Shown piece by piece: positions 1-9,548 of a DNA stretch of 64,000 nucleotides (position 1 is the stretch's first letter; every line of letters begins with the position of its first letter). The notes under the pieces were generated by a model that did no database searches, was not told the DNA's origin, and saw nothing but the letters and a program-made list of their open reading frames with translations. Position numbers and translations under genes: made by a program. This DNA is from an uncultured Candidatus Saccharibacteria bacterium (GTDB lineage: Bacteria > Patescibacteriota > Doudnabacteria > UBA920), in the NCBI GenBank assembly GCA_964505635.1, contig CAZDIP010000004.1, positions 7,198 through 71,197 of the forward strand, written 5' to 3'.

Positions 1-4
1 GCAC

Positions 5-1699
5 GTGATTATGGTAGAAATGGGAGCTAAATTAGTCAGCGAAGCGGAAATTGTTGAAGCCGTTAAATTTGCCCAAAAGTATTTGGGGGTTTTGGTTAAG
101 TGTCAATTAGATTTTGCTAAACAAGTAGGCAAAGAAAAAGCTCAGCCAATTATTAAAGAAATTAATAGCAATGTTTTGGCAAAGGTTAAAGAATATTTAA
201 CTGAAGAAAAAATTGATAAAGCTTTGTATGTGAAGAATAAGGAAGATCGCGACAATAATACGGCAAGCCTGGTTAAAGAAATTGTGGAAAAAGTCGCGGC
301 CGAACTTGGCGAGGTAAAAGATGTTGACATAAAAGGCGATGCTGAAACCGCGGTTGATAAAATTATAAAAAAATATACCCAAAAGCAAATTTTGGAAAAA
401 GAACGAAGGGTGGACGGCCGAAAGCTTGATGAAACCAGGCCAATAAGCTGTGAAGTGGGGGTTTTACCGCGCACTCACGGCAGCGCTTTGTTTACCAGAG
501 GAGAAACGCAAGCTTTAACCACAGTCACTTTGGGCAGTCCGGGTGACGAGCAGATGTTGGACGGTATGGAAGATCCGCTTGATGGCAGAGCCAAGCGATA
601 TATCCATCATTATAACTTTCCAGGTTATTCGGTTGGCGAAGTGTCTCCGATTCGCGGGCCTGGACGCAGAGAAATTGGCCATGGGGCTTTGGCCGAACGC
701 GCGGTGGAAGTTGTCGTGCCGCAAAAAGAAGAATTTCCTTACACTTTAAGGCTTGTAAGTGAAATTATGTCTTCAAATGGTTCTACTTCTATGGCTTCTA
801 CCTGCGGCAGCACTTTAGCGTTAATGGACGCCGGCGTGCCGATAAAACATATTATCGGCGGTTGCGCCATGGGGCTTGTTATGGACGAAAGTAATACCGA
901 CAAATTTAAAGTTTTAACCGACATTGCAGGCATAGAAGATTTTAACGGCCATATGGATTTTAAAGTCACTGGCTCTGAAGAGGGCGTAACCGCGCTTCAG
1001 TTAGACATTAAAGTTAAGGGCTTAACCGCGGAAATTTTAGAAACTGCTTTAAACCAGGCTAAGCCTGCTCGCATACATATTATTAGCAAAATGAAAGAAG
1101 CCATTCCCGCTCCGAGAAGCGAAATGTCAAAGTATGCTCCGCGCATTACTTCTTTCAAAATCAAACCTGACAAGATCCGCGAAGTTATTGGCAGTGGCGG
1201 CAAAACCATTAATGAAATTATTGCCAACTGCCCAGGAGTTAAAATTGACATCGAAGATGATGGTTTGGTCATGGTGACTTCAACCGACGCTGAAAGTTCC
1301 GCCAAGGCTGTAAAATGGATACAAGACATTGTACGTGAAGTAGAGCCGGGAGAAATTTTTGAAGGCAAAGTAACAAGGCTTATGGATTTTGGCGCCTTTG
1401 TAGAAGTCTTGCCCGGCAAAGAAGGTTTGGTACATATTTCCCAGCTTGCCAACTATCGTGTAGGTAGAGTGGAAGATGTTGTTAAAATTGGAGACACGCT
1501 AAAGGTACAGGTTTCTGAGATTGATGATCAGGGTCGTATTAATTTGACCCACAAACCTTTTGCCCCGGCTCCAACTCCGGAACAGTTAGCATCGGGAGGC
1601 GGCAATGGCGGTTTTGACAGGCCTCATCGAAACAGCGGTTTTAATGGCCGAGGCGGCCACGGCCATGGCAGGCCGCCAAGAAGAAACTTTGATAGGTAA
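5..1699 (+). CDS. pnp: Polyribonucleotide nucleotidyltransferase (PNPase), 5'-truncated by window edge
   Basis: RNase PH motifs (HGSALFTRGETQ, RREIGHGALAERA, SNGSTSMAS), KH (VIGSGGKTI) and S1 (FGAFVEVLPGKEGLVHISQL) domains. Confidence 0.97.
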   Translation: MIMVEMGAKLVSEAEIVEAVKFAQKYLGVLVKCQLDFAKQVGKEKAQPIIKEINSNVLAKVKEYLTEEKIDKALYVKNKEDRDNNTASLVKEIVEKVAAELGEVKDVDIKGDAETAVDKIIKKYTQKQILEKERRVDGRKLDETRPISCEVGVLPRTHGSALFTRGETQALTTVTLGSPGDEQMLDGMEDPLDGRAKRYIHHYNFPGYSVGEVSPIRGPGRREIGHGALAERAVEVVVPQKEEFPYTLRLVSEIMSSNGSTSMASTCGSTLALMDAGVPIKHIIGGCAMGLVMDESNTDKFKVLTDIAGIEDFNGHMDFKVTGSEEGVTALQLDIKVKGLTAEILETALNQAKPARIHIISKMKEAIPAPRSEMSKYAPRITSFKIKPDKIREVIGSGGKTINEIIANCPGVKIDIEDDGLVMVTSTDAESSAKAVKWIQDIVREVEPGEIFEGKVTRLMDFGAFVEVLPGKEGLVHISQLANYRVGRVEDVVKIGDTLKVQVSEIDDQGRINLTHKPFAPAPTPEQLASGGGNGGFDRPHRNSGFNGRGGHGHGRPPRRNFDR

Positions 1700-1708
1700 A
1701 AATAATAT

Positions 1709-2029
1709 ATGCCTGTTTTAGAAAAATCTCATTCTATGCCAAGCGAGAAAAGTTCAGGGAATTTAAAAGCTAAAAGTTATGGTGTATCGCAAGATTCTGG
1801 GGTTCCAATTGAACACCGTAGATGGGCTGACAGATTGGCTAAAGAGCTAGGTTTAGCAAAGCCGGAAGTTCGCGGGGTAATGGTAGAAGAAATGGCAAGG
1901 TTAAAAAAAAGTGAACCGCAAGCTTTTGAGTCATTTGCCAAAAGTATGATAGATTTTTGTTCAAAACGGAAAAATAACACAGCGGATATGGTAGAGGAAG
2001 CTTTAAAATTTTTGAATTTGAAAAAGTAA
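1709..2029 (+). CDS. Hypothetical protein (106 aa)
   Basis: ORF directly after pnp and followed by a terminator; no recognisable motif. Confidence 0.6.
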   Translation: MPVLEKSHSMPSEKSSGNLKAKSYGVSQDSGVPIEHRRWADRLAKELGLAKPEVRGVMVEEMARLKKSEPQAFESFAKSMIDFCSKRKNNTADMVEEALKFLNLKK

Positions 2030-2036
2030 ATTTTAT

Positions 2037-2066
2037 AAAACAGCCTCGCAATCGCGAGGCTGTTTT
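2037..2066 (+). terminator. Intrinsic terminator hairpin (copy 1 of a duplicated pair)
   Basis: aaaacagcctcgc-aatc-gcgaggctgtttt perfect stem with T-run. Confidence 0.8.
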
Positions 2067-2099
2067 GCTATAATCTAAGTAATTAAACTAATAAAATTT

Positions 2100-2948
2100 A
2101 TGTCGGATAAAGAAAAGGCTTTTGCCGCGGCAGCGGGATTTTTTTCTGGTGGCGAGGCAGCTTCAATTATTGACAGTAGAGTTTCGGATTTTGATTATGA
2201 AAAAGTCAAAACAATGACGCGAGAAGAACTTTTGGCCGAGTATAGAGGGAGAATTCAACCGATAGTAAGCGGAATATATAGAACCTTGCCAAAAAATGCG
2301 CTTGAAAAAGAAGAATTATTCAACGTAGCTTTTATAGCTCTAATTGAAGCGCAAGAGCAATTTGATCCAGCAAAAAAAACTCAGTTCGTAAATTTTTTCC
2401 CCAAAAGAGTTCGTGGAGCTATTTTAGATTATTTAAGAAGTCTTGATATGCTGAAGCGAAGAGATAGGCAGGTTTTAAGATTTAAGAATGAGCTTGAAAA
2501 AATACCCGCGCCAGACAGGCAAAAGTCAATTGAAGATTTTGCTGCTAAGCTAAAGATTTCTCCAAAAAAACTTTTGCAATTGATGGATGAAGCAAATGAA
2601 CCGTTAGTATTGAGTCAGGAAAAACAAGACGGCCGAACTATGGAATTTTCAGAAGAAACTGGGAAAACTTATAACTCTCATAGGAATTTACAAAATGAGC
2701 AAGCGCGTATAATTTTAATGGAAGTTTTAGATGAGGTAATAAGTAATAATTTTATGCCCAAAAATCGTAAAAGATATAAACAAGCGTTTTTAAAACATTA
2801 CTACAGCGGCTTGACCTTTAAAGAAATCGGACAAAAATTAGGACTACAAGAGTCAAGAGTAAGTCAGGTATTAAAAGAAATTAAGACTAAGATGAAAATA
2901 ATTTTGCAGGAAAAGAAAATACATTCAACCAATACTTTATTTGGTTAA
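2100..2948 (+). CDS. Sigma-70 family RNA polymerase sigma factor, FliA/WhiG-like
   Basis: Region 2 (LIEAQEQFDPAKK..RVRGAILDYLRSLD) and region 4 HTH (YYSGLTFKEIGQKLGLQESRVSQ). Confidence 0.85.
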   Translation: MSDKEKAFAAAAGFFSGGEAASIIDSRVSDFDYEKVKTMTREELLAEYRGRIQPIVSGIYRTLPKNALEKEELFNVAFIALIEAQEQFDPAKKTQFVNFFPKRVRGAILDYLRSLDMLKRRDRQVLRFKNELEKIPAPDRQKSIEDFAAKLKISPKKLLQLMDEANEPLVLSQEKQDGRTMEFSEETGKTYNSHRNLQNEQARIILMEVLDEVISNNFMPKNRKRYKQAFLKHYYSGLTFKEIGQKLGLQESRVSQVLKEIKTKMKIILQEKKIHSTNTLFG

Positions 2949-2970
2949 TAGGTGTTTAAAATGAAATTCA

Positions 2971-2996
2971 CGGCCTCGCAATCGCGGGGCTGTTTT
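2971..2996 (+). terminator. Intrinsic terminator hairpin (copy 2, 24/26 nt identical to 2041-2066)
   Basis: cggcctcgcaatcgcggggctgtttt. Confidence 0.7.
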
Positions 2997-3035
2997 AGCT
3001 TTGTACTTTATACCAAATACTTTATACTATTTAAT

Positions 3036-4202
3036 ATGCCTTATTTTGAAATTATAAAATCAGGTTCCGCATCCAAAGCCCGCTGTGGGGTTATTCATAC
3101 CGAGCACGGAGACGTTATGACCCCTACCTTTTTACCTATTGGCACAAAGGGCGCGGTTAAAACCGTGACTGCCGAAGAACTTAAATTTTGGGGTGCCGAT
3201 ATTATACTTGCCAACACCTACCACCTTTGGCAACGTCCTGGTGATGCTTTAATTTATAAAGCCGGGGGCTTACATAAATTCATGAATTGGAAAGGCCCGA
3301 TTTTTACCGATTCAGGCGGCTTTCAGGTTTTTAGCCTTGCAAAAATGCGAAAAGTTATGGAAGCCGGGGTGCTTTTCCAATTTGACTTAGACGGCAAGCA
3401 GGAAATTTTGTCCCCGGAAAAAAGCGTGGATATCCAGGCAAATTTAGGCAGCGATATTTGTTTAATTTTGGACGATTTTCCAGGTTACCCTTTTGAATAT
3501 GAAAGAAGTAAAGAATCCATTGCGCTTACAAAAAGGTGGGCAGAGCGCGCTATAAAAGAGCACCAAAAAATAGTTTTAGATGGCGACCCCATAAACCCCG
3601 GGCAAAAACTTTGGGGCATAGTTCAGGGCGCTTCGTTTAAAGACTTGCGCGAGCAGTCGGCCAAAGACATGGTGAATTTAGGCTTTGAAGGTTTTGCCAT
3701 CGGCGGCGTGGCGGTAGGCGAGCCGCATAAGGAAATGATGCTTGCTGTAGAAGCAGCTATGCCGCATTTGCCCGAGACTGCGCCCAAGCATTTACTGGGC
3801 GTTGGTACGCCTTTTGACATTGTCCAGGCAGTGGCTCGGGGCTGCGATACTTTTGACTGCGTAATACCGACAAGGGAAGCGAGGCATGGAAGACTATATA
3901 TAAGTAGCAGGTATCAAGTAGAAAGTAGCAAGCAACAGACAGATGGTTATTCAACTTTAGACATTAGGCTTGAAAGATACAAAGAAGACTTTACGCCAGT
4001 CGATAATACTTGCGACTGTTATTTGTGCCTTAACCACACCAAGTCTTACTTGCGTCATTTATTCCAAACCGGCGAGCCTTTGGCGGAGAGACTTGCCACT
4101 ATGCACAACTTAAAGTTTTATTTAAATTTAATGAAGAAAATCCGTAACGCCATAACTTACGATTATTTTGACGAGATGGCGGAGAATTATAGGGAAGTAT
4201 AA
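3036..4202 (+). CDS. tgt: tRNA-guanine transglycosylase (start reassigned to ATG 3036)
   Basis: NTYHL, TDSGGFQVFSL, DCVIPTREARHG and CDCYLC Zn motif. Confidence 0.95.
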   Translation: MPYFEIIKSGSASKARCGVIHTEHGDVMTPTFLPIGTKGAVKTVTAEELKFWGADIILANTYHLWQRPGDALIYKAGGLHKFMNWKGPIFTDSGGFQVFSLAKMRKVMEAGVLFQFDLDGKQEILSPEKSVDIQANLGSDICLILDDFPGYPFEYERSKESIALTKRWAERAIKEHQKIVLDGDPINPGQKLWGIVQGASFKDLREQSAKDMVNLGFEGFAIGGVAVGEPHKEMMLAVEAAMPHLPETAPKHLLGVGTPFDIVQAVARGCDTFDCVIPTREARHGRLYISSRYQVESSKQQTDGYSTLDIRLERYKEDFTPVDNTCDCYLCLNHTKSYLRHLFQTGEPLAERLATMHNLKFYLNLMKKIRNAITYDYFDEMAENYREV

Positions 4203-4278
4203 AAGTAGTAGGTAGTGAGTAATTAGCAAAAAAGTTAGTCCGAAAAGCGGGGTGACTTTTTTTATGAGCCCTAAAAAA

Positions 4279-4360
4279 CCATTCCGAGCGCAGCGAGGAA
4301 TCCCTTTATGCAAAGATTTTTGAATATTTTAAGGGATACTTCGCTTCGTTCTGTATGGTT
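4279..4360. repeat. Palindromic MITE/REP-like element, 'cattccgagc..gaggaatc..gat..cgcttcg' family
   Basis: Related copies at 7631-7710, 15205-15297, 36947-37025 and 41553-41620. Confidence 0.7.
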
Positions 4361-4377
4361 GAGCCAGGTTTTTTGGC

Positions 4378-4406
4378 TTGACTTTTTTGTTGATGTGTGG
4401 TAAATT
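4378..4406 (+). promoter_or_regulatory. Sigma-70 promoter upstream of AT-hook mini-gene
   Basis: TTGACT-17 nt-TAAATT with TG extended -10. Confidence 0.6.
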
Positions 4407-4487
4407 GTATAGTCGGTTTTGTGGCATATCTGCAGTTGCCACGGGATCGATTTGCGTTACGGGGCAAAGGAGGCCCCAATAGATATT

Positions 4488-4670
4488 ATGGACATCAACA
4501 AAATGTTGCAGGATCTGCGCGCGGAGCGCGAGCAGATTGAAGAAGCAATCCTCAGCCTCGAGCGGCTCGCTCGGGGACGTGGAAAGCGCCGGGGCCGGCC
4601 GCCAGTTTGGCTAACGGAAATGCGTAAGGGCGGCGGTAAAGATAACGAAGGCAAAGGAGGGAAAAACTAG
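4488..4670 (+). CDS. Small coiled-coil + AT-hook (RRGRPP) protein, 60 aa, GC-rich
   Basis: MDINKMLQDLRAEREQIEEAILSLERLARGRGKRRGRPPVW; own promoter and a terminator at about 4690-4725. Confidence 0.8.
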   Translation: MDINKMLQDLRAEREQIEEAILSLERLARGRGKRRGRPPVWLTEMRKGGGKDNEGKGGKN

Positions 4671-4803
4671 AAGGGAGTGTTAGCGCAAGGCGTGGGTCAC
4701 AAAGGTGTGGCCCGCCCTTTTATTTTGGCAAAAAGGGCTTATTTTGATATAATTGTGCTACAGAAAATATTAAACTCTACGGAAAACTACAGAAAGTAAA
4801 AAT

Positions 4804-5136
4804 ATGAGCCAAACAAATAATTTTCAGCCAATATTTGATTATATTTACCAAAATAATGCGACTATCGCTAAAGTGGTAGAGGCGCGGTTAGAAGAGAATA
4901 ATGTCGCCTTGGTTAAAGTAATCGAAGAAAGATTTAAACAGAATAACGAAGAATTGTGGGAAAAAATGCAGGAGCATTTTGCTGGCAAGGAAGGTATTCG
5001 CGCTATTAATGACAGATTGGATGGAATTGTAAAACTGGTAAAAAAACTTGATGAAGAAAGGCTTTTTAGCGTGGAGTGGCTAAGAAGGATTGAGGGCGAA
5101 GTTGAAAGAATTAAGAAGCATTTGCAAATTGTATGA
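4804..5136 (+). CDS. Hypothetical coiled-coil protein
   Basis: Helical 110-aa ORF overlapping the glyQS start (ATGA). Confidence 0.65.
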   Translation: MSQTNNFQPIFDYIYQNNATIAKVVEARLEENNVALVKVIEERFKQNNEELWEKMQEHFAGKEGIRAINDRLDGIVKLVKKLDEERLFSVEWLRRIEGEVERIKKHLQIV

Positions 5137-6437
5137 CAGAAAAGAACGATTTGATGGAAAAAATTGTAAGTCTTTGCAAACGCAGGGGGTTTGTGTTTCC
5201 GGGCTCGGAAATTTATGGTGGACTTGCTAATAGTTGGGACTACGGGCCTTTGGGCGTGGAGTTAAAAAACAATTTGCGGGATTCATGGTGGAAACGCTTT
5301 GTTCAAGCCAGAGAAGATATGGTTGGATTAGACGCCGCTATTTTAATGAACCCAAAAGTATGGGAAGCAAGCGGGCACGTAAAAAGTTTTTCCGATCCTT
5401 TGGTTGAATGTAAAAAATGTCATATGCGTTTTAGGGCGGATCAGATAGATTTAAATGCCCCTTGTTCAAACTGCAAATCAAAAGATGGTTATTCTGAACC
5501 AAAACAATTTAATTTACTTTTTCAAACATCTATTGGCACGGTGGAAGGCGATAAATCTACTGTTTATTTAAGAGGTGAAATCGCCCAGGCTATGTTTGTA
5601 AATTTTAAAAATATTTTAGACACCATGCGTAAGCGTTTACCGTTTGGTATTGCCAGTATTGGTAAAGCTTTTAGAAACGAAATCACCCCGGGAAATTTTA
5701 TTTTCCGTACATTGGAGTTTGACTTAATGGAGTTTGAATATTTTGTTCGTGAAAATGAATGGGAAAAGCATTTTGAATATTGGCTTAAAGAACAGCAAGA
5801 CTGGCTTATGGACCTAGGTTTTTCCAAAGAAAATTTAAAGCTTAGAGAGCATGACAAAGAAGAACTTGCCCATTATTCGAAGCGTACCGTAGATATAGAA
5901 TATAATACGCCTTTTGGTTGGAAGGAAATGTTTGGTTTGGCTTATAGGACAGATTTTGATTTAAAGAATCACGCTGAGAAATCCGGTCAGGCTTTAGAAT
6001 ACAAAGATCCGGAAACGAATGAAAAATTGGTACCGCACGTGATTGAACCAACCTTTGGTTTAACTAGGTTATTCTTGATGGTGTTATTAGAAAGTTATCG
6101 TGAAGAGGAAGATCGCGTTTACTTAAAATTGCCCCCAAAACTCGCACCCTACAAAGTTGCGGTGTTTCCTTTGCTAAAAAATAAACCAGAACTTGTAGCT
6201 AAGGCAAAAGAAATTTACCACGACTTACAAAAACATTTTAACGTTGCCTGGGACGACAGGGGTAATGTTGGAAAAAGGTATTACAGCCAGGACGAAATTG
6301 GCACGCCGTTTTGCATAACCGTTGACTTTGACAGTTTAGAAGACGGTAGCGTCACCGTGCGCGACCGCGACAGCAAAGAGCAGCCGAGGGTAAAAATTGA
6401 GGAATTGAAAAATTATATTGCCCAAAAAGTATTATAA
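5133..6437 (+). CDS. glyQS: Glycine--tRNA ligase (homodimeric type)
   Basis: KRRGF..SEIYGG..WDYGPLG, FRNEITP, VIEPTFG, QDEIGTPFCITVD. Confidence 0.96.
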   Translation: MTEKNDLMEKIVSLCKRRGFVFPGSEIYGGLANSWDYGPLGVELKNNLRDSWWKRFVQAREDMVGLDAAILMNPKVWEASGHVKSFSDPLVECKKCHMRFRADQIDLNAPCSNCKSKDGYSEPKQFNLLFQTSIGTVEGDKSTVYLRGEIAQAMFVNFKNILDTMRKRLPFGIASIGKAFRNEITPGNFIFRTLEFDLMEFEYFVRENEWEKHFEYWLKEQQDWLMDLGFSKENLKLREHDKEELAHYSKRTVDIEYNTPFGWKEMFGLAYRTDFDLKNHAEKSGQALEYKDPETNEKLVPHVIEPTFGLTRLFLMVLLESYREEEDRVYLKLPPKLAPYKVAVFPLLKNKPELVAKAKEIYHDLQKHFNVAWDDRGNVGKRYYSQDEIGTPFCITVDFDSLEDGSVTVRDRDSKEQPRVKIEELKNYIAQKVL

Positions 6438-6546
6438 AAAAATTGATTTATGAATTTAACTATGCCCAAAGACCGAAAGTGTTTGTGGATAGTGGGAGTT
6501 GGAGTAGTAATAATTTTATCATTGGGCGAAATTTTGACAAACAAGT

Positions 6547-6852
6547 ATGAAAGTATTTGATGAATTAACAGGCGGAGTATATAGAAAAGGCGAATCGAGA
6601 GAAAGTTTGCTAAAAAGAGCCAAGGAAAAATTTCCGGATCAATTTTCTAAAATAGACTCGTTAAAAGAATTTTATTTTGACCCTATTTTAAAAGAGAGAT
6701 TTTTAGATTTAGAGACCAGCCTTATGCAGTGTGTGGAAAACGGATACCAACACAGGGAACTCTCAGAAATGCTTAATGAGTGGGAAAAAGAGTATGAATT
6801 TTTAAAAACACATGCAAAGCGACTTGATTCAAATTCTCAAAAAGCGGCTTAA
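6547..6852 (+). CDS. Hypothetical protein
   Basis: 101-aa ORF in operon context, no motif. Confidence 0.55.
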   Translation: MKVFDELTGGVYRKGESRESLLKRAKEKFPDQFSKIDSLKEFYFDPILKERFLDLETSLMQCVENGYQHRELSEMLNEWEKEYEFLKTHAKRLDSNSQKAA

Positions 6853-8011
6853 ACATCCAATCTTAATTAAGAAAAAAGAAAACCTGCTGTATTTAACCGG
6901 CAGGAGCTTTGATTACAGGGCGGAGGAATATCTGTTAATTTTACCCCTCACCCCCACCCTCTCCCACAAGGGGAGAGGGGGAGATAGTGTGATTGGGTTT
7001 GGCAGCGGGCTTGAGCAGATAGATTGGGTCAAAAAGTCAGATAGGCTAAAGAACATCGGCCAATATTTAAAAGGTTATAAACAGTTGGATATTGAGTACG
7101 GGTTTACTTATGGGGAAGGAGAATATTTGAAATATAAGATTTCCTCCTTCGCTAAAGCTATGGCGGACAAGTCAGATTTAGGATATAAGATTTTGGTGAA
7201 ACCGGAAAGAAGTTTGGTTGATGTTATGAGGCAGATAAAAAGCATGGAGGAACTGTCTAAAATAAAAAAATCAATGCAGATTGTAGAGAAAGTATTTGCG
7301 CTTGTAAGAAAAGAAGTTAAAAAATCGGGGATGACGGAGAGAAAATTGGCTGATTTTATTACCAAGACTGGTTATAAATTTGGCGCACACGATGTTTCTT
7401 TTCCAGCAATTATAGCAAGCAGGGCAAATGCTGCTATACCTCACCATGTCCCATCAAACAAGTTTTTAAAAGCGGGGGAAAGCATAATTATAGATTTTGG
7501 TTTTAAGTACAAAAATTACTGCAGCGACTTTACGCGTACGGTGTTTTTAAAAAAAGTGCCCAAAAAATTGGAAATTGCCTATAATCAAGTAGAAAAGGCG
7601 TATAATGGAAGTATGGAGTATATCTCAAATCCATCCCGAGCGCGGCCGAGGGATCCCTCAAAACAAGAAAAAGGGATTCTTCCCCCGCATCAAGTGCGGG
7701 GTCTGAATGGTAATACAATTACCGGTAATGATGTTTATCAAAAAGTTGTTGATATTTTGGCTGAAAAAAAATTAGACAAATATTTTATTCATTCTTTAGG
7801 CCATGGTACGGGTTTGGAAATTCACGAATTGCCCAATCTTTCGCCCGACTCAAAAGATGAACTTAAAAATGGAATGGTTTTTAGCATTGAACCGGGAGTG
7901 TATATCCCTAAATTAGGTGGTATAAGAATTGAAGATTTGGTATATTTACAAAATGGCAAAGTTAATAAATTTATTAATGTTTCAGCGAAACTAAAGGATA
8001 ATATTTTATGA
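6812..8011 (+). CDS. Xaa-Pro aminopeptidase (M24) carrying three in-frame repeat insertions
   Basis: IDFG..YCSDFTRT, HSLGHGTGLEIHE, FSIEPGVY, GIRIED. Confidence 0.9.
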   Translation: MQSDLIQILKKRLKHPILIKKKENLLYLTGRSFDYRAEEYLLILPLTPTLSHKGRGGDSVIGFGSGLEQIDWVKKSDRLKNIGQYLKGYKQLDIEYGFTYGEGEYLKYKISSFAKAMADKSDLGYKILVKPERSLVDVMRQIKSMEELSKIKKSMQIVEKVFALVRKEVKKSGMTERKLADFITKTGYKFGAHDVSFPAIIASRANAAIPHHVPSNKFLKAGESIIIDFGFKYKNYCSDFTRTVFLKKVPKKLEIAYNQVEKAYNGSMEYISNPSRARPRDPSKQEKGILPPHQVRGLNGNTITGNDVYQKVVDILAEKKLDKYFIHSLGHGTGLEIHELPNLSPDSKDELKNGMVFSIEPGVYIPKLGGIRIEDLVYLQNGKVNKFINVSAKLKDNIL

Positions 8012-8268
8012 GGGAAATACATAAAGTTAATGAACTAGAGTTTAAATTTTTTAATTTAGGCGAGCAGGCCAAAAGCAATTATCAAATGCTGGGTTCGGTT
8101 GATTACGCAGCAGACCCAAGTGTGATAAAAGATCTGTTAAGATTAATGGCTAAAATCGATGATTCCGAAAAATTAGCGGCAAACGGAGCAAAAATACATC
8201 CAGCTAATGATTATGAATCCTTAAAGGCCGAATTAGATGAATTAACTTCAAGGATTGGAAAAGTATAA
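8008..8268 (+). CDS. Hypothetical protein
   Basis: 86-aa ORF tightly coupled to both neighbours. Confidence 0.55.
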   Translation: MREIHKVNELEFKFFNLGEQAKSNYQMLGSVDYAADPSVIKDLLRLMAKIDDSEKLAANGAKIHPANDYESLKAELDELTSRIGKV

Positions 8269-8270
8269 AT

Positions 8271-9536
8271 ATGAAATTTGCTAAAAAAACTTTATCAAAC
8301 GGGTTAACTATTATTGAGGTCCCATCTTCAGATGCGGAAAGCGTGGTAGTGGATTTTTTTGTTAAAACCGGCTCGCGCAGCGAAACAGAAAAAGAAAGCG
8401 GCATCAGCCATTTTTTGGAACATTTTTTATTTAAGGGTACAAAAAAATATCCGTCGGCTTTGGCAATATCTAGCTTGATAGACAGCATAGGCGGGGAAAT
8501 GAACGCTAACACCGGCAAAGAACATACCCAGTATTATATTAAAGCCTCCAATCAGCATTTGGAATTAATTTTCGAAGTGCTTACGGATATGATCCAGAAT
8601 CCTTTGTTTGACCAAGAGGAGTTAGAAAGGGAAAAAGGCGTAATTGTGGAAGAAATAAATATGTATAAGGACACGCCAATGTACGAAATAGAAAACGTGC
8701 TGGAGCAAAAAATGTGGCCGGGCGAGCCTTTGGGTAGGGACATTGCAGGCACTAAGGAAACTGTAACTAAGTTTACGCGAGAAATGTTTTTGGATTACAT
8801 AAACAGGCATTACCAGGCGCCGAATATGATTTTGGGCATTAGCGGCAAATATAGCCAGAAAAAATTTGACGAACTGGTAAAAAAGTATTGGAGTGGTTTT
8901 CCGAAAAAGAAATTTCACGGCTGGGGTAAAACTTTAGACAAACAAAAATCGTTTCGCGTAAATCTGCAATTTAAACAAACCGAACAGGCTCATTTGGCTT
9001 TAGGGTTTAAGGGTCTAAGCTATGCTAGCAAGAGTTTGGCTGCGCAGTCAGTTTTGTCCGCTATTTTAGGCGGCGGAATGTCCTCGCGCTTGTTTATGGA
9101 GGTTAGGGAAAGAAGGGGTCTTGGTTATTATGTGCGCGCAAGCGGGTCTTCATACCAGGACGCCGGGGTGTTTAATATTGGCGCTGGCGTACAGGTGGGA
9201 AAAATTGAGGAAGCACTTAAGGTTATAATGCAGGAATTGGAAAAAATAAAAAATAACCTTGTTAATTTAACTGAACTAAATAAAGCCAAAGAGTATTTAA
9301 AAGGAAAAACTATTTTGGCTTTGGAAGACAATCAAATACGCTTAGACTGGTTTTTAGAAAGAGTTGCATTTTATCCGCAAATAATAACGCCCAAGGAAGC
9401 ATTTGAAAAAATAGACAAAGTTACGGCAAAAGACGTGCAAGAGCTCGCAAAAAATTTGTTTAGGAAAGATTGCGCAACATTAGCGGTCATTGGCCCCTAT
9501 AAAACCGATAAAAAATTCAAAAATATATTAATCTGA
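8271..9536 (+). CDS. M16 family zinc peptidase
   Basis: HFLEH inverted zincin motif, GGGMSSRLF..VRE.RGL.Y. Confidence 0.93.
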   Translation: MKFAKKTLSNGLTIIEVPSSDAESVVVDFFVKTGSRSETEKESGISHFLEHFLFKGTKKYPSALAISSLIDSIGGEMNANTGKEHTQYYIKASNQHLELIFEVLTDMIQNPLFDQEELEREKGVIVEEINMYKDTPMYEIENVLEQKMWPGEPLGRDIAGTKETVTKFTREMFLDYINRHYQAPNMILGISGKYSQKKFDELVKKYWSGFPKKKFHGWGKTLDKQKSFRVNLQFKQTEQAHLALGFKGLSYASKSLAAQSVLSAILGGGMSSRLFMEVRERRGLGYYVRASGSSYQDAGVFNIGAGVQVGKIEEALKVIMQELEKIKNNLVNLTELNKAKEYLKGKTILALEDNQIRLDWFLERVAFYPQIITPKEAFEKIDKVTAKDVQELAKNLFRKDCATLAVIGPYKTDKKFKNILI

Positions 9537-9548
9537 TACTAAAACACC

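Noticed and set aside
2952-3035. N-terminal extension of Tgt in the track
   Set aside because: Spans a terminator hairpin; Tgt-like sequence starts at ATG 3036. Similar over-extensions were rejected for rplD, secY, rplR and ORF 4419
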